DNA from: Candidatus Omnitrophota bacterium
GTDB lineage: Bacteria; Omnitrophota; Gorgyraeia; Zapsychrales; Fredricksoniimonadaceae
Assembly (NCBI GenBank): GCA_903944345.1
Contig: CAJARJ010000021.1
Span: forward strand, 110,900 to 174,899
DNA length: 64,000 nucleotides
Direction: 5' to 3'
Below are positions 47,298 through 56,503 of this stretch, one piece after another (the stretch's first letter is position 1; every line of letters begins with the position of its first letter). The notes below the pieces were generated by a model that worked only from the letters and a program-made list of their open reading frames with translations, ran no database searches and was not told where the DNA came from. The translations under genes and the position numbers were made by a program.

Positions 47298-48092
47298 ATG
47301 TCAGAAGAAGAGTTTTATGTGCTGGCGGCCTCTTCTGTCGGTATTTTTCTTTTCTGGGTCCCCTGGATAAGAGACATCATGGTGATTTATGACCGCCGGG
47401 GCCGGTATGCCGGCATAGCGGCATTTTTTGCGCCTTTCTTTGCTCTGGGCATTCTTTTTCTTGTTCTCAGGAATTTTGCCTCCCTGGATGTCAGAAACAA
47501 TCCTGTTTATATTGTTTTCTATATGGCATTTGGTCTGGCCTGGTGCGGTCTTATGACAAAATGCTTTTCGTTTCTTGGTCTGGATTTCCGGCATGATGTC
47601 GCCGAGCAGGATAATTATGCGGCGGATGTGGCTATCAGCGGGGCAGTCCTCGGGAGTATGCTGTGTTTCTCCGGCGGCAACATTGGCGACGGGCCGGGTT
47701 GGTGGGTTGTGTTCTTTTGTGCGGCTGTGGCTACTGTCGTGTGGATGTTGGTTTGGGTTGTGATTGACCAGGTCAACGGAGTCTGTGAAGCAATTACGGT
47801 TGACCAGGATTTGGCAACGGGGGTCCGGTTCGCCGGATTTCTTGTCGCTTCGGGGCTGGTTTTCGGACGAGCTATGGCAGGCAACTGGGTGTCGGCTGCG
47901 GCTACATGGACAGACTTCTGGAGAGTGTCTGCGCCCCTGGGGGTTCTGGTTGTTGTTGCGCTTCTTCTGGACAGGCTTTTTTGCCTCTCGAAAGAAGTTC
48001 CCAGACAGAATGTTTTTGTGGCTGGTTTTCTCCCGGCGGGGATTTATATATTCTTGTCCGCTTATTATGTGTTGCGCCTGGGGGCATGGTAG
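47298..48092 (+). CDS. integral membrane protein with DUF350-like repeats
   Basis: About 8 hydrophobic helices. Segments EQDNYAADVAISGAVLG and DQDLATGVRFAGFLVASGL resemble the DUF350 (YjfL) motif. AGGGGGAAG SD before ATG 47298. Confidence 0.45.
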   Translation: MSEEEFYVLAASSVGIFLFWVPWIRDIMVIYDRRGRYAGIAAFFAPFFALGILFLVLRNFASLDVRNNPVYIVFYMAFGLAWCGLMTKCFSFLGLDFRHDVAEQDNYAADVAISGAVLGSMLCFSGGNIGDGPGWWVVFFCAAVATVVWMLVWVVIDQVNGVCEAITVDQDLATGVRFAGFLVASGLVFGRAMAGNWVSAAATWTDFWRVSAPLGVLVVVALLLDRLFCLSKEVPRQNVFVAGFLPAGIYIFLSAYYVLRLGAW

Positions 48093-49304
48093 GTGGAGGC
48101 GCTTGTTGCCGGAAGAGAGTTATCGATCGAGGATCGCTGCCGCATTCGTCGGCGAATGATGTTTGATCATTTTAAATGGGACCCGCAAAGTGGAGACCAG
48201 GATGTTCTGGCGGAATATCCTGTTATTCTGTCTGCGGACTTATGGGCTGAACTCAAGTGCAAGGCAGAGGCTTTGGCCGCCGAGCTTTATGCGGCTGAAA
48301 AGGAAATTCTTTGCAGGCCAGAACTTTTTTGTTCTCTGGGTATCCCTGATCCGATTATCAGGGCTATATCAGGGAGAAAAGCCTGTGGCGTGCTGAACCT
48401 GTCGAGATTTATGCGATTTGATTTTCATTTGACCCGCAGGGGCTGGATGATATCGGAAGTAAATGCGGACGTGCCCGGCGGGTTTATCGAAGCGTCGGCG
48501 CTGACGGAGTTAATGCTGGCATATTTTCCGGACTGTGTTTCTTCCGGTGACCCTTCCTTAAGGTTGGCGCAAAGCATCATGTCGAGGATTCCTGGCAAAG
48601 GGGCGCTGGCTTTTGTTCATGCAACGGCGTATGCGGATGACCGCCAGGTCATGGAGTTCCTTGGCAGGTACTTCAGGGATCGGGATTTCCGGGTGTTTTT
48701 CGCGGGCCCGCGGCATGTGCGCTGGCAGAAAGGCAAAGCCTCGCTCAGCGGGCCATTTGGCCCGGTTCCGCTGGATGCGGTGATACGCTTTTTCCCCGCC
48801 GAGTGGCTGATGAATTTACCGTGGTACAGCCGGTGGGAAGATTTCTTTGCCGGGGGAGAAACGTTACAGGTCAACCCTCCGGAGGCTCTGCTGGTGCAGA
48901 GCAAAAAATTCCCGCTTTTGTTCGATCGACTGCAAACTCCGTTGAATGCGTGGAAAACGCTTTGTCCTGCCGCCAGGGAGATTGCCGACGCGCCTCTCGA
49001 ATCCGGACACTGGGTGGTCAAGCCTGTTTTCAGCCGGGTAGGGGAAGGTCTTTTTATCCAGGGGGTGAGTGACCCGAAAGAAAACGTCAAGATATTAAAG
49101 GCGGCACGCCGCAACAGCCGATACTGGGTAGCGCAGGAACGGTTTGACGCGGTTCCTCTGGCTGTCGACGGAGTCGATAAGTATCTTTGTGTTGGTGTGT
49201 ATGTGATCGATCAGGCTGCTTGCGGGATTTATGGCCGGATCGCAGATCGGCCCCTGATCGATCACCGCGCAAAAGATGTTGCCGTGTTGATCAGAAAGGG
49301 TTAA
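48093..49304 (+). CDS. glutathionylspermidine-synthase-like ATP-grasp amidoligase (YgiC/YjfC family)
   Basis: Pre-ATP-grasp plus ATP-grasp pattern: LGIPDPIIRAIS...RFMRFDFHLTRRGWMISEVNADVPGG, compared with the E. coli YgiC RxDFa.dG...LLE.NADTPT. GTG start directly abuts the upstream stop. Confidence 0.6.
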   Translation: MEALVAGRELSIEDRCRIRRRMMFDHFKWDPQSGDQDVLAEYPVILSADLWAELKCKAEALAAELYAAEKEILCRPELFCSLGIPDPIIRAISGRKACGVLNLSRFMRFDFHLTRRGWMISEVNADVPGGFIEASALTELMLAYFPDCVSSGDPSLRLAQSIMSRIPGKGALAFVHATAYADDRQVMEFLGRYFRDRDFRVFFAGPRHVRWQKGKASLSGPFGPVPLDAVIRFFPAEWLMNLPWYSRWEDFFAGGETLQVNPPEALLVQSKKFPLLFDRLQTPLNAWKTLCPAAREIADAPLESGHWVVKPVFSRVGEGLFIQGVSDPKENVKILKAARRNSRYWVAQERFDAVPLAVDGVDKYLCVGVYVIDQAACGIYGRIADRPLIDHRAKDVAVLIRKG

Positions 49305-49306
49305 CT

Positions 49307-50080
49307 ATGGATGAACAACTGACTTACGGTGAGCAGCTGTTTGTGGACTGGGCTCCGGACGAGAGCGTGTGGACCCCGTGGGCCAAGCCGGTGCTGTTTA
49401 ACAGCCCGGCGTTGTCGAAAAAAGGACTTTTTAGTCCGTCTGCCGTAGAAGGCATACCGGAGCTGGAGACGTTTGCTAACCCGACTGGCCGGGTGGTTAT
49501 TGTTGATCTTCCCGGAGTCAATTCTGTCCGGGCGGCTGTTACGCTGGCCGGGTTGGGCTATCGACCGGTACCTTTATATAATGGCTGCGAAGGGCCGTCC
49601 GCGGTGATTCCTGTGCGGGAGTTGATGGACGCGGTTGAAGGGGCGACTGCACAGATTAAAGACAGAGGACTTTCATTCAACGCTCCGCCGGCGTTCCTGC
49701 TGGACAGCCGGAGAATGTCGGGGTTTCCTGCATTTGGAAATTTTGACAATCGCTGGCTGATTTTTCCACAGGATTTTCCCTCGGGTAATCTGCTTCTTTC
49801 AAAAGGGTTCAGCGAAGTTGTGCTGGTTTCCTTGCCGGACGGAGCGGTGCAGAAGGACTTGGCACATGTTCTTCTGCGCTGGAAAGAATCCGGGCTGGCG
49901 GTCAAATTTTTCTCTTTTGCCACTCAGGATGCGCTCCCGCTAAACGTTCCCCGGTCGGCGCAATATAAATTGTTTTTTTACCGGGCACTGGCCAAACTCG
50001 GCCTGCATCCAAACAGCGCCGGAGGATTCGGTGATGTGATTGCTACTCCCTCAGAAACATCCCACGGGGGTTACGGTTAA
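49307..50080 (+). CDS. hypothetical cytoplasmic protein (258 aa), third gene of the ATP-grasp cassette
   Basis: ATG 3 nt after the ATP-grasp stop. No TM or signal peptide. A Rossmann-like beta-alpha-beta start (RVVIVDLPGVNSVRAAVTLAGLGY) but no family could be assigned. Confidence 0.5.
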   Translation: MDEQLTYGEQLFVDWAPDESVWTPWAKPVLFNSPALSKKGLFSPSAVEGIPELETFANPTGRVVIVDLPGVNSVRAAVTLAGLGYRPVPLYNGCEGPSAVIPVRELMDAVEGATAQIKDRGLSFNAPPAFLLDSRRMSGFPAFGNFDNRWLIFPQDFPSGNLLLSKGFSEVVLVSLPDGAVQKDLAHVLLRWKESGLAVKFFSFATQDALPLNVPRSAQYKLFFYRALAKLGLHPNSAGGFGDVIATPSETSHGGYG

Positions 50081-50347
50081 TAAATTTCAATTACTGCTGT
50101 TTATGATTCTGGTGTGTGATATTTTGGTTTCGTTGTAAATAGGCGAAAAAACAACTTATTTGAATTTGTTTTTTGAAATTAGGGCAGGTTTTAAAAAAGA
50201 AAAAATTGTTGCTTTCAGCATGAAAATAGTTAAAGCTACTACTGTCAACTGTTTATGGTTTCTTTTGGGCTCTCACGCCCGGCGTTCGGCTTCGGCCAGA
50301 GTCCGTACTTACGTTCAGGGGCCGCATTAAGGCGAAAGGATTGGGGC

Positions 50348-51268
50348 ATGGCAGAGCATAAAGCAAGTTCTCTCCTTGATTCAAATGCCAATGAACTGGA
50401 AATCATAGAGTTTTCCATTAATAGCGCTCTTTACGGCATTAACGTGGCCAAAGTTCGCGAGATTATCAAGGCCGGGGTTGATTTCGTGCCGGTGCCTGAT
50501 GCTCCCGAGTCTATACGTGGGGCGATCAATCTCCGCGGGGCAATCATTCCGGTTGTTGATCTGGCCAAACATATCAAGATGGAGCCGGACATTGATCCTA
50601 AGCGCAGTCGGATAATTATTGCGGAGTTTAACCGGATCTGCCTGGGTTTTCTGGTTGGAGCGGTTTCTCGCATACATCGTATTTTCTGGAAATCTGTTGA
50701 AGTCCCCTCGCAGATGTTCCAGACGGGCGGGGGGTATGTCTCCGGTATTGTACGGGTCGAAGAAAAGGTTGTTTTTCTCCTGGATTTCGAGAAGATCGCG
50801 GTTCACATTAATCCGCATGCCAATATTCAGACTCCTCGCGCAGGCGAGTATGGTGCGGCAGGCTTTGACAGAGCCTCAAAGAAAATCCTTGTTGTGGATG
50901 ATTCGGATTTTACACGGCAGATGATTGTTCAGCATTTGCAGACGGCAGGATATCAGACAGAAACGGCAATCAACGGTGAAGAAGCGTGGTCGCTGTTGTC
51001 AGCGCTTAAAGGCCGGGAGGGTTTTGGCAGGGTCGCCCGGTTTTATCATTTGATGGTGACCGATATCGAGATGCCGCGTATGGACGGCTTGCACCTGATC
51101 CAGAAGATCAAGGAAGATCCGAAACTCAAGGAGCTGCCTTGCCTGGCGTTCTCGTCGATTATTTCCAGCGAAATTGTTCTTCAGTGCCGCAAGGTCGGGG
51201 CAGACGGAGAAATATCCAAGCCCGAAATAAGCCGGCTGGTTTCGCTGGTGGATTCCAAAGTGCTTTGA
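50348..51268 (+). CDS. cheV: chemotaxis protein CheV (CheW-like domain plus receiver domain)
   Basis: N-terminal CheW-like domain (LEIIEFSINSALYGINVAKVREI). C-terminal REC domain (ILVVDDSDFTR...MVTDIEMPRMDG...K). Confidence 0.75.
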   Translation: MAEHKASSLLDSNANELEIIEFSINSALYGINVAKVREIIKAGVDFVPVPDAPESIRGAINLRGAIIPVVDLAKHIKMEPDIDPKRSRIIIAEFNRICLGFLVGAVSRIHRIFWKSVEVPSQMFQTGGGYVSGIVRVEEKVVFLLDFEKIAVHINPHANIQTPRAGEYGAAGFDRASKKILVVDDSDFTRQMIVQHLQTAGYQTETAINGEEAWSLLSALKGREGFGRVARFYHLMVTDIEMPRMDGLHLIQKIKEDPKLKELPCLAFSSIISSEIVLQCRKVGADGEISKPEISRLVSLVDSKVL

Positions 51269-51322
51269 GGGGGTTGTGTTGGTAAAGAACGGCGGATTAA
51301 CCGAGGGAGATAAGGGGGTTGC

Positions 51323-53011
51323 ATGCTGGATAACATCAAATTGGGAGTGAAGCTTATCGGCGGGTTTGTTTTTGTCGCAGTGATTGCGGCGATTGTTGGT
51401 ATATTTGCCGTGTTCGGGCTTGCCGGCTTGATGGAAAAGACTGATCAGATTTCCAGGGTTGCTCTTCCTGCGGTTGAGCAGGTGGGCTCAATCAACTTCA
51501 ATATTATGGCGATCAAGGCGGGGATGCGGACTTTGAGTAATCCTGATATGAGTCAGGAGGATGTGCAGAAAGCCATCGAACTTATAGGTAAGCGGCGTTC
51601 AGCTTATCAGAAGTCAGACGAAGCCTATGCCAAGTTGACGAAGAATGCGGAAGAAGAGGCGGCTTACGCCGAGTTTAAGACAAAGCTGGGGGTTCTGCGC
51701 GAGAGCAATCTCAAGTTAACCGAAACGATCAAGACTGCTGCCGCTTTGCCCAAAGAGGATCCCAAAAGAGCAGAGCTTTATGCACAAGTTTATGCAATAA
51801 CGATGGGCGAGGCTAATGTTCAGAATGTTGAGGTTGAGAAAGCGCTGGAGAAGCTGGTCGACCTGGCTGGTCAGAAGGCAGCGCAGGCGGATGTGGATGC
51901 AGATAAGGCAATGGAAGCTTCCAACATGCTTATTGTTGTTATTACAATTATCGGCTTTATTCTGGCGGTGTTGGCTGGTCTTTATTTGACAGGCTCTATC
52001 ACCAGGCCGGTTGCCAGCAGTGTGGACGTTATGGGGCATATGGCAGAAGGGGATTTGACAAACCGTTTGCAGACCCAGCGTCAGGATGAACTGGGTGTTA
52101 TGGGAAGGGCGATGGATGCGTTTTCCGATAAATTGTCCGGTATTATTGCAGAGATCCGGGCTTCTGCAGAGCAATTGATGATGGCAACGGGAGAGGTTTC
52201 TTCCGCTTCCCAGCAGATTGCAGACGGCGCCCAGCAGCAGTCGGCCTCATTTGAAGAGCTGTCAAGTTCGGTTCAGGCCAACGCCGAGAATGTCAGAAAT
52301 GCCAACCAGATTGCCCAGAACGCTTCGGGTGATGCCCAGAAAGCCGGCCAGGCCATGGAAAGTAATGTCGAGGCCATGACCGGGATCGAAAAGGGGTCCA
52401 AGCAAATGGCGGAAGCCGTTGAGCTAATTACCGACATTGCTGACCAGACCAATCTGCTGGCATTAAATGCCGCCATTGAAGCCGCCCGTGCCGGAGAACA
52501 TGGAAAAGGCTTTGCAGTTGTTGCCGACGAGGTTCGCCAGCTGGCCGAACGTTCGGCGACATCGGCCAAGGAAATCCAGAATCTTATTAAAGCCAATCTG
52601 CGTCAGGTCGAGAATGGTGTAACCATCTCTAAAGAAGCCGGGGAGATGGTTCGCGGGATTACAGAAGGGATCAAGCAGATCGCAGAACAATTGCAGGCAG
52701 TGGCTAATGCGACACAGGAGCAGGCTGCAGCAATGGAGCAAAATACCTCGATCACGGAGTCCAATGCTTCTGCCTCCGAGCAGTTGGCGGCCTCGGCGGA
52801 GCAGATGTCGGCACAGGCAGAGTCGTTGCGCAACCTGGTGGCGCAGTTCAGAACACTGGATAGCGGGGCTTCGGCTTCGGCAGCAGTTCCGGCCAAAAAG
52901 GCCGCTGCAGGGCAGAAGAATCCTGTGGTCAAGCACTCTGTCAAGACGGTCAGAAAAGAGAATGGCGGGCATAAGAGCGATAAAGGTGACGAGCCTCTTC
53001 GCATTTCATAA
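51323..53011 (+). CDS. methyl-accepting chemotaxis protein (2 TM, periplasmic helical sensor, HAMP, MCP signalling domain)
   Basis: Highly conserved signalling hairpin [42 protein letters not shown] sits after TM2. Confidence 0.85.
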   Translation: MLDNIKLGVKLIGGFVFVAVIAAIVGIFAVFGLAGLMEKTDQISRVALPAVEQVGSINFNIMAIKAGMRTLSNPDMSQEDVQKAIELIGKRRSAYQKSDEAYAKLTKNAEEEAAYAEFKTKLGVLRESNLKLTETIKTAAALPKEDPKRAELYAQVYAITMGEANVQNVEVEKALEKLVDLAGQKAAQADVDADKAMEASNMLIVVITIIGFILAVLAGLYLTGSITRPVASSVDVMGHMAEGDLTNRLQTQRQDELGVMGRAMDAFSDKLSGIIAEIRASAEQLMMATGEVSSASQQIADGAQQQSASFEELSSSVQANAENVRNANQIAQNASGDAQKAGQAMESNVEAMTGIEKGSKQMAEAVELITDIADQTNLLALNAAIEAARAGEHGKGFAVVADEVRQLAERSATSAKEIQNLIKANLRQVENGVTISKEAGEMVRGITEGIKQIAEQLQAVANATQEQAAAMEQNTSITESNASASEQLAASAEQMSAQAESLRNLVAQFRTLDSGASASAAVPAKKAAAGQKNPVVKHSVKTVRKENGGHKSDKGDEPLRIS

Positions 53012-53109
53012 TTGCAGGCACCTGTTTTTGATCTCCCGGGGGGCTTCTCCCGGGAGATTTTTTTGCATAAGGATGTTTTGATAAAGACTCGTTACCGGAT
53101 GGAGGGCTC

Positions 53110-53943
53110 ATGCCAGAGAATGCCGAAGCGTTGGTAGAGCGTTCAGCAATCGACAAGGGCGGGATCAATGGCCTTATGGCCTTGTCCGGCGAGCTGGTGA
53201 TCATTCGTTCCCAGTATGTCAGGACGGAAAAGATGTTGCAGCAGGATCTTTTTCGGCAGAAAGAGTTGCTGCAGGGGGTGGGCGCGGCAAAAGTTCTTTT
53301 GAACGGCGCAATAAAAGATCCGGGTCGTTTCCAGAAAGCCGTTGTGGAGTTGGAGCAGTTGTTTAATTCTCTCGAATCTTTGGCCCGGCACGATACACTT
53401 GCCGTGCTTGTCCAGGGGATGGGACATACCACCGGCTCGCTGGAGAAAGCTTCTTCAGAATTGCAGTCCGGCATTGTAAAACTGCGGGCCGAAATCCTGG
53501 GCAGCGAAGCAGACGGTTCTTCGGCGATGGCGATTGTTCCCGCCTTGCTGGTTGTAGTAGGAGAAGAGATTTGCGCGTTTCCCTTGGCGTCTGTTACCGA
53601 AATCGTCAATGTTCCCAAGGAAGAAATTTATACAGTCGACGGGAACACGACCATGAAGTTGCGCGACCACGCGCTTTCATTAATCGAGCTTTCGCGAATT
53701 ATCCAGTTTAAAGCCAACAGCCAGGAAAATGATGCTCCGAGCCAGCGGGTGGTGGTTATTACTGATGGCAAAGAGCGGCTGGGTGTTGTTGTTGACAGGC
53801 TTCTGGGGAAAGACGAGATTGTGTTTAAAGCGCTCACCAGTCATTTTTCGAATGTGAGGGGCATTGTTGGCGCCTCCATTCTTGCCGACGGAAACGTTGC
53901 GCTCATACTCGATCCTGCGGCCATCATGCAACAGTCCCAATAA
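53110..53943 (+). CDS. CheW-like domain protein with a ~110 aa N-terminal extension
   Basis: C-terminal CheW fold (EEICAFPLASVTEIVNVPKEEIYTVDG...LGVVVDRLLGKDEIVFK). The N-terminal helical region is unassigned. Confidence 0.6.
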   Translation: MPENAEALVERSAIDKGGINGLMALSGELVIIRSQYVRTEKMLQQDLFRQKELLQGVGAAKVLLNGAIKDPGRFQKAVVELEQLFNSLESLARHDTLAVLVQGMGHTTGSLEKASSELQSGIVKLRAEILGSEADGSSAMAIVPALLVVVGEEICAFPLASVTEIVNVPKEEIYTVDGNTTMKLRDHALSLIELSRIIQFKANSQENDAPSQRVVVITDGKERLGVVVDRLLGKDEIVFKALTSHFSNVRGIVGASILADGNVALILDPAAIMQQSQ

Positions 53944-54061
53944 TCCCCGTTTCTCTGCCCTGAGCGCAGGAACAATTCCATTGACGGAATGCGTTTTGTT
54001 TAATACGATACTGTAAAAACCAATACAGTATCAACAGTTCGTATTAAAGAAAGATAGGCTG

Positions 54062-54637
54062 ATGTCAAAACAGGAGTTAACAAGGGAGCGGATTCTGGAC
54101 GCGGCTATGGTCAGGATGCTCAAGTTTGGCTATCGCAAAGTGACAATGGACGAGATCGTTCAGGATCTGGTAATGAGCAAGAATACGGTTTACAGGCATT
54201 TTGAGAGTAAGACCGAAATAGCCGAAGCCCTGTTCGGCCGCCTGGAGAAAGAGATCAATCGCGAACTGGTTCTGATCAGGGAAAGCCACAAGGACCCGGT
54301 CGAGGCGATTTTAGAAAGCATATTTTTTCTTCAGCAGCGGGTGACGCCCTGGTTTGAGCAGTTTTTGGGTGACATTCGTCTTGAGCTGCCGGATTTGTCG
54401 CAGCGTTTTCTTGCCTTTCGTGATGAAAAGCTGGCAGGGATCAGGGCTTTGCTGGATGCCAGTATAAAGAAGGGAAAAATGCGCAAGGTTAATTCGTCGC
54501 TCGCAATACGAATATACATGGGGGCGATTGATCGGGTGCTGGATCCTGTATTTCTGGAGAAAGAAAAGATTTCGTTTTCCGATGCCCTTGAGGGCGTTCT
54601 GGATATCTGGTCAAATGGAATGATCGCAAAGAAATAA
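54062..54637 (+). CDS. TetR family transcriptional regulator
   Basis: N-terminal HTH (RERILDAAMVRMLKFGYRKVTMDEIVQDLVMSKNTVYRHFESKTEI). Confidence 0.7.
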   Translation: MSKQELTRERILDAAMVRMLKFGYRKVTMDEIVQDLVMSKNTVYRHFESKTEIAEALFGRLEKEINRELVLIRESHKDPVEAILESIFFLQQRVTPWFEQFLGDIRLELPDLSQRFLAFRDEKLAGIRALLDASIKKGKMRKVNSSLAIRIYMGAIDRVLDPVFLEKEKISFSDALEGVLDIWSNGMIAKK

Positions 54638-54648
54638 AGGAGGGGCTG

Positions 54649-55416
54649 ATGAAAATCCTGTTGGACAAAACCAGGACAGGGCTGGTTGTTTTGTTGTTTT
54701 GTCTGTTGCCATTGCTGGCAAAGGCAGAGGAGGTTACGGTTGCTGCTGCGGCAAATGTGCAGTTTACTCTGGATGAGCTTAAGGCGGCATTTACCCAAAA
54801 GACAGGCATTGAGGTCAAAACGATTATTGGATCATCCGGCAAGTTGACGGCCCAGATCGAGAACGGAGCTCCGTTTGATATTTTCATGTCAGCCGACACC
54901 AGTTTTCCCGAGCGACTGTTCAAGGGGGGATTAACCCTGGAAGCCCCCAGGGTTTATGCTTACGGTTATCTGGTCCTGTGGACTTTCAAGGATATTGACC
55001 TTTCGCGCGGTCTGGCCGGACTTACTAATAGTGCAATTGGAAAGATTGCAATTGCTTCGCCGCAGACGGCACCCTATGGCCTCCAGGCGGTCAAGGCCAT
55101 CAGACACGAGAATTTGTATGAGCAGATTGAGTCAAAACTGGTGTATGGTGAAAGCATTTCGCAGGTCAACCAGTTTGTTACAACGCAGGCAGCGGATGTG
55201 GGGTTAACCGCCAAATCGGTGGTTATGTCTGCGAATATGATCGATAAAGGCAAGTGGGTGGCTGTTGACCCGCAGGCGTACGAACCGATTGCCCAGGCAA
55301 TGGTGCTTCTGGAAAGTGCCAGAAAAAATGAAGCGGCGGCCAGGAAGTTCTACGACTTTATGTCTTCCCCGGACGCCCGGGAGATTTTTGTGAAATATGG
55401 TTACACACTACCGTAA
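54649..55416 (+). CDS. modA: molybdate ABC transporter substrate-binding protein
   Basis: Signal peptide. AAANVQFTLDEL...IIGSSGKLTAQIENGAPFDIFMSAD is typical of ModA. Confidence 0.8.
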   Translation: MKILLDKTRTGLVVLLFCLLPLLAKAEEVTVAAAANVQFTLDELKAAFTQKTGIEVKTIIGSSGKLTAQIENGAPFDIFMSADTSFPERLFKGGLTLEAPRVYAYGYLVLWTFKDIDLSRGLAGLTNSAIGKIAIASPQTAPYGLQAVKAIRHENLYEQIESKLVYGESISQVNQFVTTQAADVGLTAKSVVMSANMIDKGKWVAVDPQAYEPIAQAMVLLESARKNEAAARKFYDFMSSPDAREIFVKYGYTLP

Positions 55417-55427
55417 CGAGGAGCGTT

Positions 55428-55835
55428 ATGAACAAGCTGGTTGGCACAGTGACTGAAATGCAGTCGTCAGGTAATATTTCAATTATCAAGGTCCGGGTCG
55501 GCGAGGATGTTTTCAGTGCCATCATTCTGGAATGCGGGCGCGAGTCGTCCAGTTACAGGAAAGACGATGCCGTAACGCTTCTGTTTAAAGAAACCGAGGT
55601 CGGGCTGGCCAAAGATCTATCGGGCCTGATCAGTTTCCGGAACCGTTTCATGGGGAAGATAAAGAAGATTGACGAAGGACAGTTGCTGACGCGCGTGACA
55701 CTTGCGTATCAGGATCGTTTTGTACAGGCGGTTATTACAACACAGGCGGCCGCCGAGATGGCGCTCAGGGAGAAAGAGCAGGTGGAGTGGATGGTCAAGA
55801 CCAATGAAGTCACACTGATGAAGAATCCGGCATGA
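55428..55835 (+). CDS. molybdopterin/molybdate-binding protein with tandem TOBE (Mop) domains
   Basis: Two ~65 aa TOBE repeats (MNKLVGTV...GNISIIKV; NRFMGKIKKI...). Confidence 0.7.
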   Translation: MNKLVGTVTEMQSSGNISIIKVRVGEDVFSAIILECGRESSSYRKDDAVTLLFKETEVGLAKDLSGLISFRNRFMGKIKKIDEGQLLTRVTLAYQDRFVQAVITTQAAAEMALREKEQVEWMVKTNEVTLMKNPA

Positions 55836-56503
55836 TGATTGACCCGGCTCCCCTGGTATTGACCTTCAAGCTGTCACTGGTGACGACAGTCATTCTGTTT
55901 TTTACCGGGGTACCGCTGGCGTACTGGCTGGCGTTCAGCGTCCGCAGCTGGAAATGTATTGTCGAGCCGTTGGTCAGCATGCCTCTTATTCTGCCGCCGA
56001 CGGTTCTGGGATTTTATATTCTGCTTGTGTTCAGCCCGCGGTCGTCTTTGGGGGGCTTTCTTGAGACGTTTCTGCATATAAAAGTTGTTTTTACTTTTCT
56101 CGGGCTGGTTATCGGTTCGGTTCTTTTCAGCCTGCCGTTTATGGTCAATCCGGTCAAGGCGGCTTTCCAGAGTTTTCCCAAATCATTGATCGAGGCCTCG
56201 TATGCGCTGGGGAAATCCCGGCGGGAAACCTTATTCAGGGTGATCCTGCCCAATATCAGGCCGGCGCTGCTTTCCGGAGTTGTTATGGCTTTCGCCCATA
56301 CTGTCGGAGAATTCGGGGTTGTCCTGATGGTGGGGGGCAATATCCCCGAAGTCACACGGACGGCGTCTATTGCCATATTCAATGATGTCGAAGCCCTGAA
56401 TTACGCGGACGCCGGTGTTTATTCAATGGTTCTTTTTGTTATTGCGTTTATGATCCTGTTTGTTCTGGATCGTATTAACAAGCGCACAGTCAGAGCGGTT
56501 TAA
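55832..56503 (+). CDS. modB: molybdate ABC transporter permease
   Basis: Five to six TM segments. EAS..LG...TLFRVILP ABC permease EAA-like motif. Overlaps the upstream stop (ATGA). Confidence 0.8.
   Translation: MMIDPAPLVLTFKLSLVTTVILFFTGVPLAYWLAFSVRSWKCIVEPLVSMPLILPPTVLGFYILLVFSPRSSLGGFLETFLHIKVVFTFLGLVIGSVLFSLPFMVNPVKAAFQSFPKSLIEASYALGKSRRETLFRVILPNIRPALLSGVVMAFAHTVGEFGVVLMVGGNIPEVTRTASIAIFNDVEALNYADAGVYSMVLFVIAFMILFVLDRINKRTVRAV

Noticed and set aside
48093-48160. Alternative internal ATG start (RRRMMFDHF) for the ATP-grasp gene
   Set aside because: The GTG at 48093 abuts the upstream stop, which favours translational coupling. The conserved pre-ATP-grasp region begins before the internal Met. 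The longer form is kept, with reduced confidence on the start.
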